Positions 1 to 9,374 of a stretch of 16,025 nucleotides of DNA are shown in pieces. Within the stretch, counting starts at the first letter, position 1, and every line of letters starts with the position of its first letter. This DNA comes from Candidatus Thorarchaeota archaeon (GTDB lineage: Archaea; Asgardarchaeota; Thorarchaeia; Thorarchaeales; Thorarchaeaceae): the NCBI GenBank assembly GCA_003345595.1, contig PRDI01000074.1, positions 1-16,025 on the forward strand. Direction: 5' to 3'. The position numbers and the translations under genes are program-made. Under the pieces are notes generated by a model, which was given only the letters and a program-made list of their open reading frames with translations, was not told the DNA's origin and ran no database searches.

Positions 1-1030
1 GGGGGTGTTGTAGTTGCCGAGAAGTGCAGGACTCCGGGGGTCTGTGACGTTTACAATCTGTATCCCATATTCACCATCAGCGATGTAAGCAATATGTCCC
101 TCAACCCACAATCCGTACTCTGAGTCCGCGATTGCGTCTGGAGTACTGTAGTAGCCGAGAAACGTGGGACTCCGCGGGTCCGTGACGTTGATGATCTGGA
201 TGCCCCACCCGTAGTAAGCGATGTAGGCAATGCCAGCCTCCACCCACACGTCATACGCGTAGTTTGTGACACCTGGACCCGTACTCCAGTTGCCCAGAAG
301 GCTAGACTACGCGGGTTGGTGATGTTGAGAATGTACAACCCTGATTGCCCCTCGCAAACGTACGCAATTCCCCCATCAACCCACACGTCATACGCCGCAC
401 CGACGGTACTGTACGTGCCTGCCAGCGTCGGCTGTATGAGATCAGCAACGGACACCACCTGCAACCCTCCAGTCGTGTCAGCAACATAGGCAATACTCCC
501 TTCAACCCATACGTCCCACGGTTCGCCCGGGGTGTCATAGCTGCCTATGATGCTAGGGTTCCGAGGGTCTGTGACATTCAGAACCTGTAGTCCAGGGTAC
601 CCATCGGCCACGTACGCAATCTCCCCATCAACCCACACTCCGAATGCCCCGCCGGGGGTATCGCAGTTGCCGAGAAGTGCAGGACTCCGGGGATCAGTGA
701 CGTTTACAATCTGTATCCCATATGCCCCGTCAGCGATGTAAGCAATGTGCCCCTCAACCCACAATCCGTACTCCGAATCTGGGTTTGAGTCTGGAGTATT
801 GTAGCTGCCGAGAAACGTGGGACTCCGGGGGTCCGTGACGTTGATGATCTGGATGCCCCACCCGTAGTAAGCGATGTAGGCAATACCAGCCTCCACCCAC
901 ACCTCTTCCGCGTAGTTTGTGTACCCCGGACCGGCACTCCAGCTGCCCAGAAGGGCGGGACTACGCGGGTTGGTGACATCGAGAATCTGCAACCCTGGTT
1001 GCTCCTCGCAAACGTAGGCAATACTACCAT
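1..1030. repeat. Internal 654-bp (5-repeat, 218-aa) higher-order duplication within the LVIVD gene
   Basis: ~1-375 closely matches ~655-1030. The offset is 654 to the right of 301 (a306/a960) and 653 to the left (g21/g674). Confidence 0.85.
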
Positions 1031-1610
1031 CGACCCGCACCCTGCGCGCATCGCCGAGGGTGTCATAGCTGCCTATCACGGTAGGATTCCGAGGGTCTGT
1101 GACATTCATAACCTGTAGCCCAGAGTTCCCATCGGCCACGTACGCAATCGCCCCGTCAACCCACACATCGAGTGCATCACCAAGGGTGTCGTAGTTGCCT
1201 ATGATGGTAGGATTCCGGGGGTTCGTGACGTTGAAAATCTGCAGTCCCGACCAGAGGTCGGCCACGTACGCAATCCCGCCGCCAGCCCATACTCCGTATG
1301 CGTCACCCGGGGTGTCGCAGCTCCCCAAGAGAGCAGGGCTCTTCTGGGGCAGACTGACTGACCCAATGCCCCAGCCGCTCGCATTGGTTTTGTCACCATC
1401 AAGATAGGTAGTTGTGAGGAAGCCTTCGGAGTATGAGCCTGCTCCCGCTACCGTGGCGCCATAATCGGTGGAGATGGAGGATCTCTCTGAGTGGAGCCCT
1501 GAACCGGTTCCGGCGTTTAGCACACCTCCAGAAAACAACAGAGTCAGTAACACAAGTACAGACAGAAGCACAATTAGATTGTTCGTTCGATGATTTGCAG
1601 CGCTGACCAT
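1..1610 (-). pseudogene. Secreted/surface LVIVD-repeat beta-propeller protein, frameshifted at ~300-301 (pseudogene or sequencing error); runs off the left edge
   Basis: N-terminal hydrophobic signal segment (LIVLLSVLVLLTLLFSGGVLNA), then ~42-46-aa repeats of the form G-x-Y-D-T-P-G...V-W-V-x-G-x-I-A-Y-V-A-D...G-L-Q-I-x-N-V-T-D-P. After repeat 8 the repeats continue in another frame (LLGNWSTGPGVTNYAYDVWVEAGIAYIAYYGWGIQIINVTDPRS...) to position 1. Confidence 0.85.
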
Positions 1611-1743
1611 CTTGACTAGCCTCTTAGCTGGGCAGCAGAATCAATGGAAGAGGGAAAGAGAATGGCAATCACTGCGCCATCAACAAGCGAACATTCTGTC
1701 CTCCGATTCTATTCCGCGCGCCAACAACTTTGTACATTTGTTT

Positions 1744-1760
1744 CCCTATTAAAAAACGTT
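1744..1760 (-). promoter_or_regulatory. Putative BRE/TATA promoter of the LVIVD gene
   Basis: Minus strand AACGTTTTTTAATAGG, the same pattern as upstream of rpoE' and rps24e. Confidence 0.45.
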
Positions 1761-1864
1761 ACGAATCAAATGGTGATTTTCGCAGACATTCGCCGCTATC
1801 GCCGCTGCTGCTGCGGCCTCTTCGCATAGTCGATGCATTCCGGATGACTTGAAAAGCGGCAACA

Positions 1865-2185
1865 ATGGACTACTGCCTGCTCAGACAGGGCTGGATAGGC
1901 AGAAGACCACTTTGGGGTTCAACCACATTGATTGCACAGCTGTCCATCCTCGCGGTGATTTATGCAGTCTGGATTATCTGCTTGGTGAACGTGATGGTGT
2001 CTAGCGAAGAGGTTTCGCTGACTGTGGCCACTCTCCCCTTCATAGTGACCTTTCCTGTCGCACTGCTTCTTGCCGCCTCAGTAGAACCACTGTTGCCTGG
2101 GGTCCTCACTATCGACATCCTACTCACTCTAGTAGTCGGTGTTCTACTGGCTGTGAGATGGATAATGGCGATTGTGGGAGAATGA
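1865..2185 (+). CDS. Small hypothetical membrane protein (~3 TM helices); true start may be a downstream TTG
   Basis: 106-aa ORF with three hydrophobic segments, fills the gap and converges on rps27ae; no family recognised. Confidence 0.6.
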   Translation: MDYCLLRQGWIGRRPLWGSTTLIAQLSILAVIYAVWIICLVNVMVSSEEVSLTVATLPFIVTFPVALLLAASVEPLLPGVLTIDILLTLVVGVLLAVRWIMAIVGE

Positions 2186-2212
2186 AGTCCTGCCAGCACA
2201 CGGTAGCGGGTA

Positions 2213-2422
2213 CTAGCTCTTCCGCTTAAACTCTGTATACCCGCAGCGGCCGCACGCAAAACGGTTGTAGTGTTCAGCCATGTAGGTGCCCTTCTCGCAC
2301 CTAGGGCAGGGTCTCCTAGTCGATGTGACAGTACCTGACTTCTCGACCTTGTAGAGCGAACGAGCGGCCTTCTTTTTCTTGGACTTCTCCTTGGGCTTCT
2401 TCTTGTCCTTCTCCTCAGACAT
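2213..2422 (-). CDS. rps27ae: 30S ribosomal protein S27ae (eS31), not fused to ubiquitin
   Basis: Lys-rich N-terminus, LYKV, zinc ribbon CPRC...YMAEHYNRFACGRCGYTEF. Confidence 0.96.
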   Translation of the reverse strand: MSEEKDKKKPKEKSKKKKAARSLYKVEKSGTVTSTRRPCPRCEKGTYMAEHYNRFACGRCGYTEFKRKS

Positions 2423-2425
2423 CTA

Positions 2426-3001
2426 CTAGCTCTCCTCCTCATCCTTGTCTTCGTCCGCTGCTTCGGCCTTCTTCTTCTTGTCAGATTTCTTTTCAGCTTT
2501 CTCGGTTTCTTTCTCAGGTTTCTTCTCGGCTTTCTCAGGTTTCTCGGGCCGCTTCTCGGCCTTTTCAGCTCTTTCAGGTCGCTTCTCGGCTGTTTCAGGT
2601 TCCTCGGTTTCCTTCTCAGCTTTCTTCTCGGGCTTCTTCTTCTCTGCCTTCCCGGCTTTCTCAGGTGCCTTTTCCTTGGCAGGCTTCTCGGCTTCTTCCC
2701 CGGCCTCTTCCTTCTTCTTGGGCTCATGTCGCTTGAGGACGTATGCAATCTCGATGGACTTGGCTTGGGCCGCGTCATCGTAGATTCTTGCTACACCGTC
2801 TGTTATCCCGATTCCGTACTTAGTCCAGAGGCGTCTTATCACAACTGCTGAAGGGTCAGAGTTAAGCTGTGCGGCAAGTTTCGCACGTATGTCCGCCCTG
2901 GTTGGAGTGGTGCCGCCCACATGATCAATCCTGAAGTCAATCTCTCTTCTCTTGAGGACCTTGTTCTCTCGCTGCCGAACAATGTCTATCTTCACTGGCA
3001 T
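2426..3001 (-). CDS. rps24e: 30S ribosomal protein S24e with a long Lys/Glu-rich C-terminal tail (start ATG 3001 or GTG 2995)
   Basis: ENKVLKRREIDF...GGTTPTRADIRAKLA...TKYGIG...ARIYD matches eS24; conserved position next to rps27ae. Confidence 0.95.
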   Translation of the reverse strand: MPVKIDIVRQRENKVLKRREIDFRIDHVGGTTPTRADIRAKLAAQLNSDPSAVVIRRLWTKYGIGITDGVARIYDDAAQAKSIEIAYVLKRHEPKKKEEAGEEAEKPAKEKAPEKAGKAEKKKPEKKAEKETEEPETAEKRPERAEKAEKRPEKPEKAEKKPEKETEKAEKKSDKKKKAEAADEDKDEEES

Positions 3002-3056
3002 CACTCTCAATAATCAGACCGCCCGGAAGGCGGGTCAGGCAGTCGACTTGGGGTTG

Positions 3057-3070
3057 TCTAATAAAGTTTT
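3057..3070 (-). promoter_or_regulatory. Putative internal BRE/TATA promoter for rps24e-rps27ae
   Basis: Minus strand AAAACTTTATTAG ~55 nt upstream of the start codon. Confidence 0.5.
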
Positions 3071-3096
3071 CACCATAGACGGCAACTAGGACCCCA

Positions 3097-3309
3097 CTAA
3101 CGGACCTTGAGGGCATACTTGCCGGGCTTATCGATGCTCAGTCTGTCTGCGATGTAGGACGACTTCCTTGGGTCGTCATGCGGATCTTTGGCAGGCAGTA
3201 TCACGACTATACCCGTGTACGAACTCGACAGGTTGGTGCTCTTGCAGTTGGGGCACTGGTTCTCTGTGGTGAGATAGTGACACTGACGGCAGGCTTTCAT
3301 CTTTGTCAA
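3097..3309 (-). CDS. spt4: Transcription elongation factor Spt4 (RpoE'')
   Basis: KACRQC...CPNC zinc finger, SYIA..L.I.KPGKYALKVR C-terminus; GGTGA SD 5 nt before TTG 3309 (ATG 3300 is the alternative). Confidence 0.95.
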   Translation of the reverse strand: MTKMKACRQCHYLTTENQCPNCKSTNLSSSYTGIVVILPAKDPHDDPRKSSYIADRLSIDKPGKYALKVR

Positions 3310-3314
3310 TCGAA

Positions 3315-3929
3315 TCACCCTGTCTGTCTCTCTGGATGCTTCTTCTTCTCTTTCTTGGGGGTTTCACCGTGTGCGGCCTTTACGTCATCTTCGACCCAGG
3401 ACTGGTCTGGTCCTATCTTCCCAAGGAAGGGCTGCCTCATTGTGAGCCCGAGCTTTCCAGACCTGTTGCCAGACTCGAAGCTGATAGACGTGATGCGCGC
3501 ACGGACTTGGTTTCCTTCAGCCAGAATCCTGCCCGACTCCTTTCCAAGCAGGGCGTTCCCCTTAGAGTCTTGGGTTATGAAGTCGTCACATATCTGACTC
3601 ACATGGCAGAGACCGTCAAGGGGTCCCATCCGGATGAATGCACCAAAGTCCATCAGTTCTACAACATTGCCTTCAATGATCTCTCCGCGGATTGGCTTGA
3701 ACGTGAGGACCTTGTAGGTCACGGAGTGGTAGGTAGCGCCGTCGCCTGGAATCAATCGGCCCTGACCTATATCATCAATCTCGATGACTGCTATTATCAG
3801 GCCTATATCCCTGTCCAGCACATTCTCGTGATTCTTTCGAAGGTGAACCAAGGCTGCCTCGTTTATGGGCTGCCCAAACTGGTTTGGAGGGATTCTTACT
3901 ATGTCCTTAACAGTCACAATACTATACAC
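3315..3929 (-). CDS. rpoE: DNA-directed RNA polymerase subunit E' (Rpo7)
   Basis: KDIVRIPP, PGDGATYH, S1 domain FGAFIRMGPLDGLCHVSQI, LTMRQPFLGK; GAGGAG SD before GTG at 3929. Confidence 0.96.
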   Translation of the reverse strand: MYSIVTVKDIVRIPPNQFGQPINEAALVHLRKNHENVLDRDIGLIIAVIEIDDIGQGRLIPGDGATYHSVTYKVLTFKPIRGEIIEGNVVELMDFGAFIRMGPLDGLCHVSQICDDFITQDSKGNALLGKESGRILAEGNQVRARITSISFESGNRSGKLGLTMRQPFLGKIGPDQSWVEDDVKAAHGETPKKEKKKHPERQTG

Positions 3930-4034
3930 TTGTGGGCGCTCCTCGCCTGACAGGAGAACTCTCAGAACAATCAGTCCCACGGCCAGACACTGATGGTCTG
4001 ACTCCGACGGCTCAGCGGTGCCACCTGTTGGTCA

Positions 4035-4049
4035 CAATAAAAACGTTTT
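4035..4049 (-). promoter_or_regulatory. Putative BRE/TATA promoter of rpoE'-spt4
   Basis: Minus strand AAAACGTTTTTATTG in the PIN-rpoE' intergenic region. Confidence 0.5.
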
Positions 4050-4058
4050 GAACGGGTC

Positions 4059-4463
4059 TCAATCCATTATGCCCTCAAGAACAAGCCGTTTCTTACCTCG
4101 CATCAGCAGCACTGGTACTCCGCGCTCGCGCGCCCGCTCTCTGAGCCTTCTGTCGTTTGTCGCGAGTACTCCCTTCACGCGGACTGCATAATCTAGCAGT
4201 TGGTCGTCAACAGGCAGACCTGCCACATCCGGACTGACATCAGCCGGCCGGCATCGTTTCGCAAGGTTTCCGGCCACCCTGAACTTGGCATCTCCCGATG
4301 CACTTTCCAGCTTGGCCTTGGTTTCAATTTCGCGAAGCACAGACTTCAGCACAACGAAATCCACATGTTTCTGAAGCGTACGTTCTGACTCTGCGAATAT
4401 GTCTATTCCAAACTCTGCTGGAATCATCAGGAAGCTGGTGTCCACGACTACGGCTACGACCAT
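4059..4463 (-). CDS. PIN-domain protein, Fcf1/Utp24-like
   Basis: VVVDTSFLM, VLREI, VDDQLL and LATNDRRL PIN motifs; conserved position between eIF2gamma and rpoE'. Confidence 0.88.
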   Translation of the reverse strand: MVVAVVVDTSFLMIPAEFGIDIFAESERTLQKHVDFVVLKSVLREIETKAKLESASGDAKFRVAGNLAKRCRPADVSPDVAGLPVDDQLLDYAVRVKGVLATNDRRLRERARERGVPVLLMRGKKRLVLEGIMD

Positions 4464-4487
4464 GAGCTCACATGACCAATCATTTGT

Positions 4488-5729
4488 CTATATGGCAGCG
4501 TGGCCTATCAGTCGCCACTTGTTGTCAACTCTGCGGCCAATGGCAATACGTTGACCCTTCTCTGCACACACGGGTCTCTTCAGTTCAAGTTCTATCTGCT
4601 CCCCGTGAAGTCTGGTGATGACGCCCACTGTGGCCGCTGTCCCTATGACGAGCATAAGATTCTCATTCAGCTTGAGATTCTCGACCTCTTTCTTCGACTC
4701 TGTACCCACAAGCCTCTGCATCAATACCGGCTGTATCATCATCTTTGACAGAGTCTTCGGCACCTTCCCGGCGTTTCCCACCACACTGCCTACAAGTCTG
4801 TCTGCACGCGTGAATGCGGGATCTAGTGATGTTCCCACGCCTATGAGTCCTCCGGGTCGTGCTTCTTGGAGCGGATTCCCGCTACCGGAGAGAAGGCTCA
4901 CAATCCGTGTCTTTATTGTACTATAGCCCTTCTCTGTCTTGTATCCGGGTGCAATCTCTATCTCATCGCCCACTTTCAGCTTTCCCTCGACAATTGACCC
5001 CCCGACTACTCCTCCCTTGAGGTCTTTGGGCAGTGTTCCCGGCGGGTTCACCTCGAACGATCTGGCAACAAGCATCTTGGGCGTTAATGAGTCGTCCCTG
5101 TCTGGTGTCGGAATCACCTCTTCAATGGTCTGGACCAGAAGGTCCATGTTTGCGCCAAAAACTGCTGAAACAGGTATGATGGGTGCGTTCTCAACCGAAG
5201 TGCCTTTGATGAAGTCCTTGATCTGCTTGTAGTGCTTTCTGGCCTGTTCAAGCGTGACGAGCTCTATCTTGTTCTGTACAATGACGATGTTCTTCACGCC
5301 CACAATCTCAAGGGCATGGAGATGCTCTGCTGTCTGAGGCATTGGGCAGGGCTCATTGGCTGCAATCACAAGTATGGCTCCATCCATCAGACTGGCTCCG
5401 CTAAGACATGTCGCCATCAATGACTCATGACCAGGGCTGTCCACGAAGGATATCTCTCTAAGGACCTCAAGCTCTCCACCACATTTGGAACATCGGCCAT
5501 CTTTCGCAAGATGAGCAGTCGTGTAGGCGTCAGGCGCAGGGCACTTCGTACACTTCATGGTGACAGTGGCCGCATACCCGAGTTTGATCGATATTCCTCT
5601 CTTGATCTCATCGGAGTGGCGGTCTGTCCACTCTCCTGTCAGACACTCCACTAGTGTCGTCTTGCCATGGTCGACGTGGCCAAGCGTGCCAATGTTGACC
5701 TCGCTCTGGCCTGGGTATTTTCTGGTCAC
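4488..5729 (-). CDS. eif2g: Translation initiation factor 2 subunit gamma (aIF2gamma)
   Basis: [18 protein letters not shown], zinc knuckle CTKC...CSKC, DSPGH, QNKIE, C-terminal WRLIG. Confidence 0.98.
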   Translation of the reverse strand: MTRKYPGQSEVNIGTLGHVDHGKTTLVECLTGEWTDRHSDEIKRGISIKLGYAATVTMKCTKCPAPDAYTTAHLAKDGRCSKCGGELEVLREISFVDSPGHESLMATCLSGASLMDGAILVIAANEPCPMPQTAEHLHALEIVGVKNIVIVQNKIELVTLEQARKHYKQIKDFIKGTSVENAPIIPVSAVFGANMDLLVQTIEEVIPTPDRDDSLTPKMLVARSFEVNPPGTLPKDLKGGVVGGSIVEGKLKVGDEIEIAPGYKTEKGYSTIKTRIVSLLSGSGNPLQEARPGGLIGVGTSLDPAFTRADRLVGSVVGNAGKVPKTLSKMMIQPVLMQRLVGTESKKEVENLKLNENLMLVIGTAATVGVITRLHGEQIELELKRPVCAEKGQRIAIGRRVDNKWRLIGHAAI

Positions 5730-5864
5730 CTGCTCTTCACTTCCGACTGCGGCTTTTTGCTACGCCAGCAGCATTCACTCCTAATATGAAGTCTATGGTT
5801 CTGCATACGAACCACTGGTGGACACTCAATTGCGAATGTGTCCGAGCGTGTATACATGATGCGA

Positions 5865-6257
5865 CTACGCGGTCTTCATCACGAGCTCTTCTAGGGGCTT
5901 GCTGCCCTTCTGCTCGATTCGGACATTCACCTGAGAGATTGCAGAACTGAGGTCTCTCCCCCGAACCGTCTTGCGTTTGGCTTGGCCGTGTTTCGTAGGT
6001 CTGAATCCGGGTGGTCCACGCACTAGGGCTTTCTTCCTGCCGCTGCCATGTACATCAGGGCGTATGGGAAAGCCGGACGAATCACTCCCACCAGTTATCT
6101 TCAGCTTGTAGCCTGGCAGGCCGAGCGCATCACCCTCTACAACTTCGCCTGTGTGCTTGCCAACGAGGTAGTTGGTCTTTGCCTCATCCAGTTCGTACTG
6201 GATGGCTTTCCCCGTTTCGGGATCTGAAATCACTAGCTTGAACGGCAACCTTGTCAT
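5865..6257 (-). CDS. rps6e: 30S ribosomal protein S6e
   Basis: FKLVISDPETGK, LKITGGSDSSGFP, RKTVRG, ISQVN. Confidence 0.97.
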   Translation of the reverse strand: MTRLPFKLVISDPETGKAIQYELDEAKTNYLVGKHTGEVVEGDALGLPGYKLKITGGSDSSGFPIRPDVHGSGRKKALVRGPPGFRPTKHGQAKRKTVRGRDLSSAISQVNVRIEQKGSKPLEELVMKTA

Positions 6258-6432
6258 CGCCTACCTAGGCTTGTGCGCATGCCAAACTTGTGCAGTTTAT
6301 GAGGGTTTTGGTCTGGTTGAGCATCTACGAGCTGCAACGTGCAGGTCGTGTCGCAAGAGACGCTGCATAATCGTTATAATGGGCACCGAATCTCGGGCTG
6401 CCCCAGTATTGTCTGGCGGACTGTGACTCTCC

Positions 6433-7608
6433 ATGGACACTCTGTCTATTATACTCCTGCTCGCATCCATCTATCTGATAGTCTACGTCATTGCACAGGT
6501 CGTGGGTGTGGAACGACTGAAAGCGAGGGGCATTGAGGCAGGAACGCCCTTCCTCATAATGATCAAGACACAGCGGCTCAATTCATTCCTGACCAGACTA
6601 GGCAAGCGGATTCCTCGTGCCTTCTTCAATCTCGGCGTGATTGTCGCGTTCATAGGCATGGGGTTTGGATTCTGGATGTTTACCGACAACCTGCTCAAGT
6701 TCTTCACAACACCAAATGCAACAGGTGCCGGAGCGGTTGTCCCGATCATACCAGGTGTGACAGTCACGGGCCTTCCACTGGTCTATTTGATGATTGGACT
6801 GGCTATAGCACTGATCACTCATGAGTTTGCCCACGGTCTTGCTTCCGCCAAGGACAACATCCCAATCAAGAGCTCAGGTCTACTCTTTCTCCTTGTTCTC
6901 TTCGGGGGTTTCGTTGAACCAGACGACGAGGTCTTTGAGAAACAGGCTAGCCCCAGAGACCGTATGCGTCTTCTTGCGGCCGGCTCTTATTCGAACCTGA
7001 TATTCGCGCTCATTGTCATGATAGTCCTGGCGAACTTCTCCTCGCTGATGTCTATAGGGTTCAATCCCCCGAGCGGCGCCTACGTCTATGATATGGTTTC
7101 GAATGGTCCTGCCGCAGGGACATTGCAGATAGGCGATGTGGTTGTGGGGCTTAATGACACGACCATTGACAGATGGGCCGACGTCAGCATATTCATGAAC
7201 GACACTCTTGCTCATTCGAACCTCACTATAGACACACTCCGTGGTAACTTCACAATCACTCTGGGCGCGAGTCCGTCTAACGCGTCAAAAGGGTACATAG
7301 GGATCTACGGGGCCGACTACTGGGCGCCCAAGCCCGGCTGGGAATGGATTCCGGGCGGCCCCATGTATGTGTTCCACAGTGAACAGATTCTCGTATGGTC
7401 TTTCGTCATCCTGTTCTCTCTTGCGCTATTCAACCTGCTACCGATACCTGCCTTGGACGGCGACAAGTTGCTCTCAAACGCTCTTAGCCTGAAGATCAAG
7501 AATGAGAAGACACTCCGACGCATCATGTGGCCTGTGAGGATACTGGCATTGTCCATCATAGTCCTGAGCATAGTCCTCTCATTATGGTTCGGTAAGGGCC
7601 TGTTCTAG
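6433..7608 (+). CDS. Site-2 protease (peptidase M50) with PDZ domain
   Basis: HEFAH zinc motif in a TM segment, GGFVEPD, AAGSYSN, PDZ-like PAAGTLQIGDVVVGLN, and NLLPIPALDG third ligand. Confidence 0.93.
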   Translation: MDTLSIILLLASIYLIVYVIAQVVGVERLKARGIEAGTPFLIMIKTQRLNSFLTRLGKRIPRAFFNLGVIVAFIGMGFGFWMFTDNLLKFFTTPNATGAGAVVPIIPGVTVTGLPLVYLMIGLAIALITHEFAHGLASAKDNIPIKSSGLLFLLVLFGGFVEPDDEVFEKQASPRDRMRLLAAGSYSNLIFALIVMIVLANFSSLMSIGFNPPSGAYVYDMVSNGPAAGTLQIGDVVVGLNDTTIDRWADVSIFMNDTLAHSNLTIDTLRGNFTITLGASPSNASKGYIGIYGADYWAPKPGWEWIPGGPMYVFHSEQILVWSFVILFSLALFNLLPIPALDGDKLLSNALSLKIKNEKTLRRIMWPVRILALSIIVLSIVLSLWFGKGLF

Positions 7609-7727
7609 CACTATGCGTGGGCACCATTATGTCTGGGCGCAGAATTGCTCTCTTGGTCATAAGGCCTTCAAAGGCGCTTGACAAGTAGTCTTAACTAGTT
7701 ACAACTCGGGAAGCGCAGGAGACGGTC

Positions 7728-8660
7728 ATGATGCATTCAGAGTGTTCGAAGTGTGGTCAACCTGCAGTGTACCTGCGCCGCCACACTTCCGAGTTTCTCT
7801 GCAAATCATGCATGGTCAAGACCACCGAGGAACGGGTGCGTCGCACAATCAACAGACACAAGATGCTCCAGGATGACGACAGGATTCTTGTTGGGGTTTC
7901 TGGTGGCAAGGACAGCGCCACCCTCCTGCACGTGCTTGCCCGGATTGAGGCTGACTTCCCGGAGGCTCAGATAGTCCCCGTGACAATCGATGAGGGTATA
8001 GAAGGTTACAGGGACAAGGGGCTCACTGCTGCACATCAGCTCGCTTCGTCACTCGGCCTAGAGCTTCAGGTCCGGTCGTTCAAGGATCTGTTCGGTCGGA
8101 CTCTAGACGATATTGTGAGGACACGACCTGTAGGCTCGATTGGGGCGTGTTCGTTCTGCGGTGTGCTAAGGCGACGTGCTCTCAACTCGGCCGCGCTGGA
8201 ATTGGGTGCAGATGTCGTAGCCACAGGGCACAACATGGATGACGAGGCCCAGACAATACTCATGAACATGATTCGCGGCGACAGCCACAGGATAGCTCGT
8301 ACAAATCGTCCGAGAGACCCTCCTATCAAGGGGCTGGTCCCTCGTGTAAAGCCGCTCACTGAGCTCACTACGAGAGACACAGTTGCCTATGCCTATCACA
8401 TGGAACTGCCATACCATGACATCCCGTGTCCATACGCAGGTGAGGCTCTACGCAACGATCTCAGGACCTTCCTGAACGACATGGAGTACAAGCGGCCCGG
8501 AACGCTGCTAGCGATACTCCGTTCTGGAGAAACAATAGCAGAGATACTGGATAGAGGTAGTGTCACGAAAGAGGTTCGGGCGTGCGAGAAGTGCGGCGAG
8601 CCTACTTCCTCTCGCCTGTGCAAGGTCTGTGCTCTACTTGAGGAGATTGGGGCGTGGTAA
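7728..8660 (+). CDS. ncsA: tRNA 2-thiolation protein, NcsA/TtuA/Ctu1 family
   Basis: N- and C-terminal zinc fingers, PP-loop SGGKDS, CSFC, ATGHNMDD, CPY. Confidence 0.9.
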   Translation: MMHSECSKCGQPAVYLRRHTSEFLCKSCMVKTTEERVRRTINRHKMLQDDDRILVGVSGGKDSATLLHVLARIEADFPEAQIVPVTIDEGIEGYRDKGLTAAHQLASSLGLELQVRSFKDLFGRTLDDIVRTRPVGSIGACSFCGVLRRRALNSAALELGADVVATGHNMDDEAQTILMNMIRGDSHRIARTNRPRDPPIKGLVPRVKPLTELTTRDTVAYAYHMELPYHDIPCPYAGEALRNDLRTFLNDMEYKRPGTLLAILRSGETIAEILDRGSVTKEVRACEKCGEPTSSRLCKVCALLEEIGAW

Positions 8661-8663
8661 ACG

Positions 8664-9365
8664 TTGGCCAAGAAGCCCGAGATCCTTCACGAGCGCAGAT
8701 CCGTGGAATATGACAGAGACCATTGGGCTCTGCTTGAACGGCTCAGGTCACGAGCACTACAGATAATGCAAGCACTGGAGGCCGCAGGAGTGCGGTCGTT
8801 CGTCTATGGGTCTGTGGCCCGTGGCGATGTGAGCAGAAACTCAGATGTTGACATAGTCGTGCCATACACCATATCAAGCTACAAGGTTGAAGTGGCCTTA
8901 ACGGGTGTGACCAGAAGGGAACTCGCTCAAGCTACACCATCGATGGTACTGAAGGGTCACATCTACCTTGAGAACGATACCTGCGTCAGCTTCCCCCTCT
9001 TTAAGATGAAACCGCGAGAGCTCGAGTTTTACAAGTGGGGCGGCCAGGTCGGTATTGAGGAGATTCAGAAAGGGGTGAGGGTTCACGGCGTCGACAAGCG
9101 GCTTCTCCTGATTGAACCAACTGCCGCTGGTCACACTGAGAGCGGTGTGGTCGGTCATGAGACCGAGGTGGCCAAGAAACTCGGAGTAGGCGTTGGCATT
9201 GCTCAGGAGCGTGTCCGTGTCTTGATGAGGAGGGACACCATTGGACGCACTGGCATATATCGGACACATGTGCTAAGCCAAACAGAGAGCTTCGAAGAGG
9301 TGGCAAAGACGCTGCGCGATACAGACCCTGCTCTTCGCAGGACGGTCCTTAGGCGTGAGAAGTAG
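8664..9365 (+). CDS. Archaeal Pol-beta superfamily nucleotidyltransferase (COG2413-like)
   Basis: YGSVARGDVSRNSDVDI motif, EFYKWGG, GVDKRL, ERVRVL.RRD..GRTG. Confidence 0.85.
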   Translation: MAKKPEILHERRSVEYDRDHWALLERLRSRALQIMQALEAAGVRSFVYGSVARGDVSRNSDVDIVVPYTISSYKVEVALTGVTRRELAQATPSMVLKGHIYLENDTCVSFPLFKMKPRELEFYKWGGQVGIEEIQKGVRVHGVDKRLLLIEPTAAGHTESGVVGHETEVAKKLGVGVGIAQERVRVLMRRDTIGRTGIYRTHVLSQTESFEEVAKTLRDTDPALRRTVLRREK

Positions 9366-9374
9366 GGAATAGCC

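Noticed and set aside
51-300. C-terminal ~80 aa of the 519-aa ORF as genuine protein
   Set aside because: Out-of-frame read-through after the 1-nt deletion; it matches the off-frame translation of the upstream duplicate.
1-1030. Diversity-generating retroelement TR/VR pair
   Set aside because: Differences between the copies are not adenine-specific, many are synonymous, and there is no reverse transcriptase in the window.
1960-2783. Long ORFs 1960..2778 (-) and 2445..2783 (+)
   Set aside because: Alternative-frame and antisense shadows of the low-complexity eS24 tail and eS31.
3178-3950. ORFs 3303..3950 (+), 3178..3597 (+) and similar antisense ORFs such as 13761..14303
   Set aside because: Antisense to well-conserved genes, with no independent motifs.
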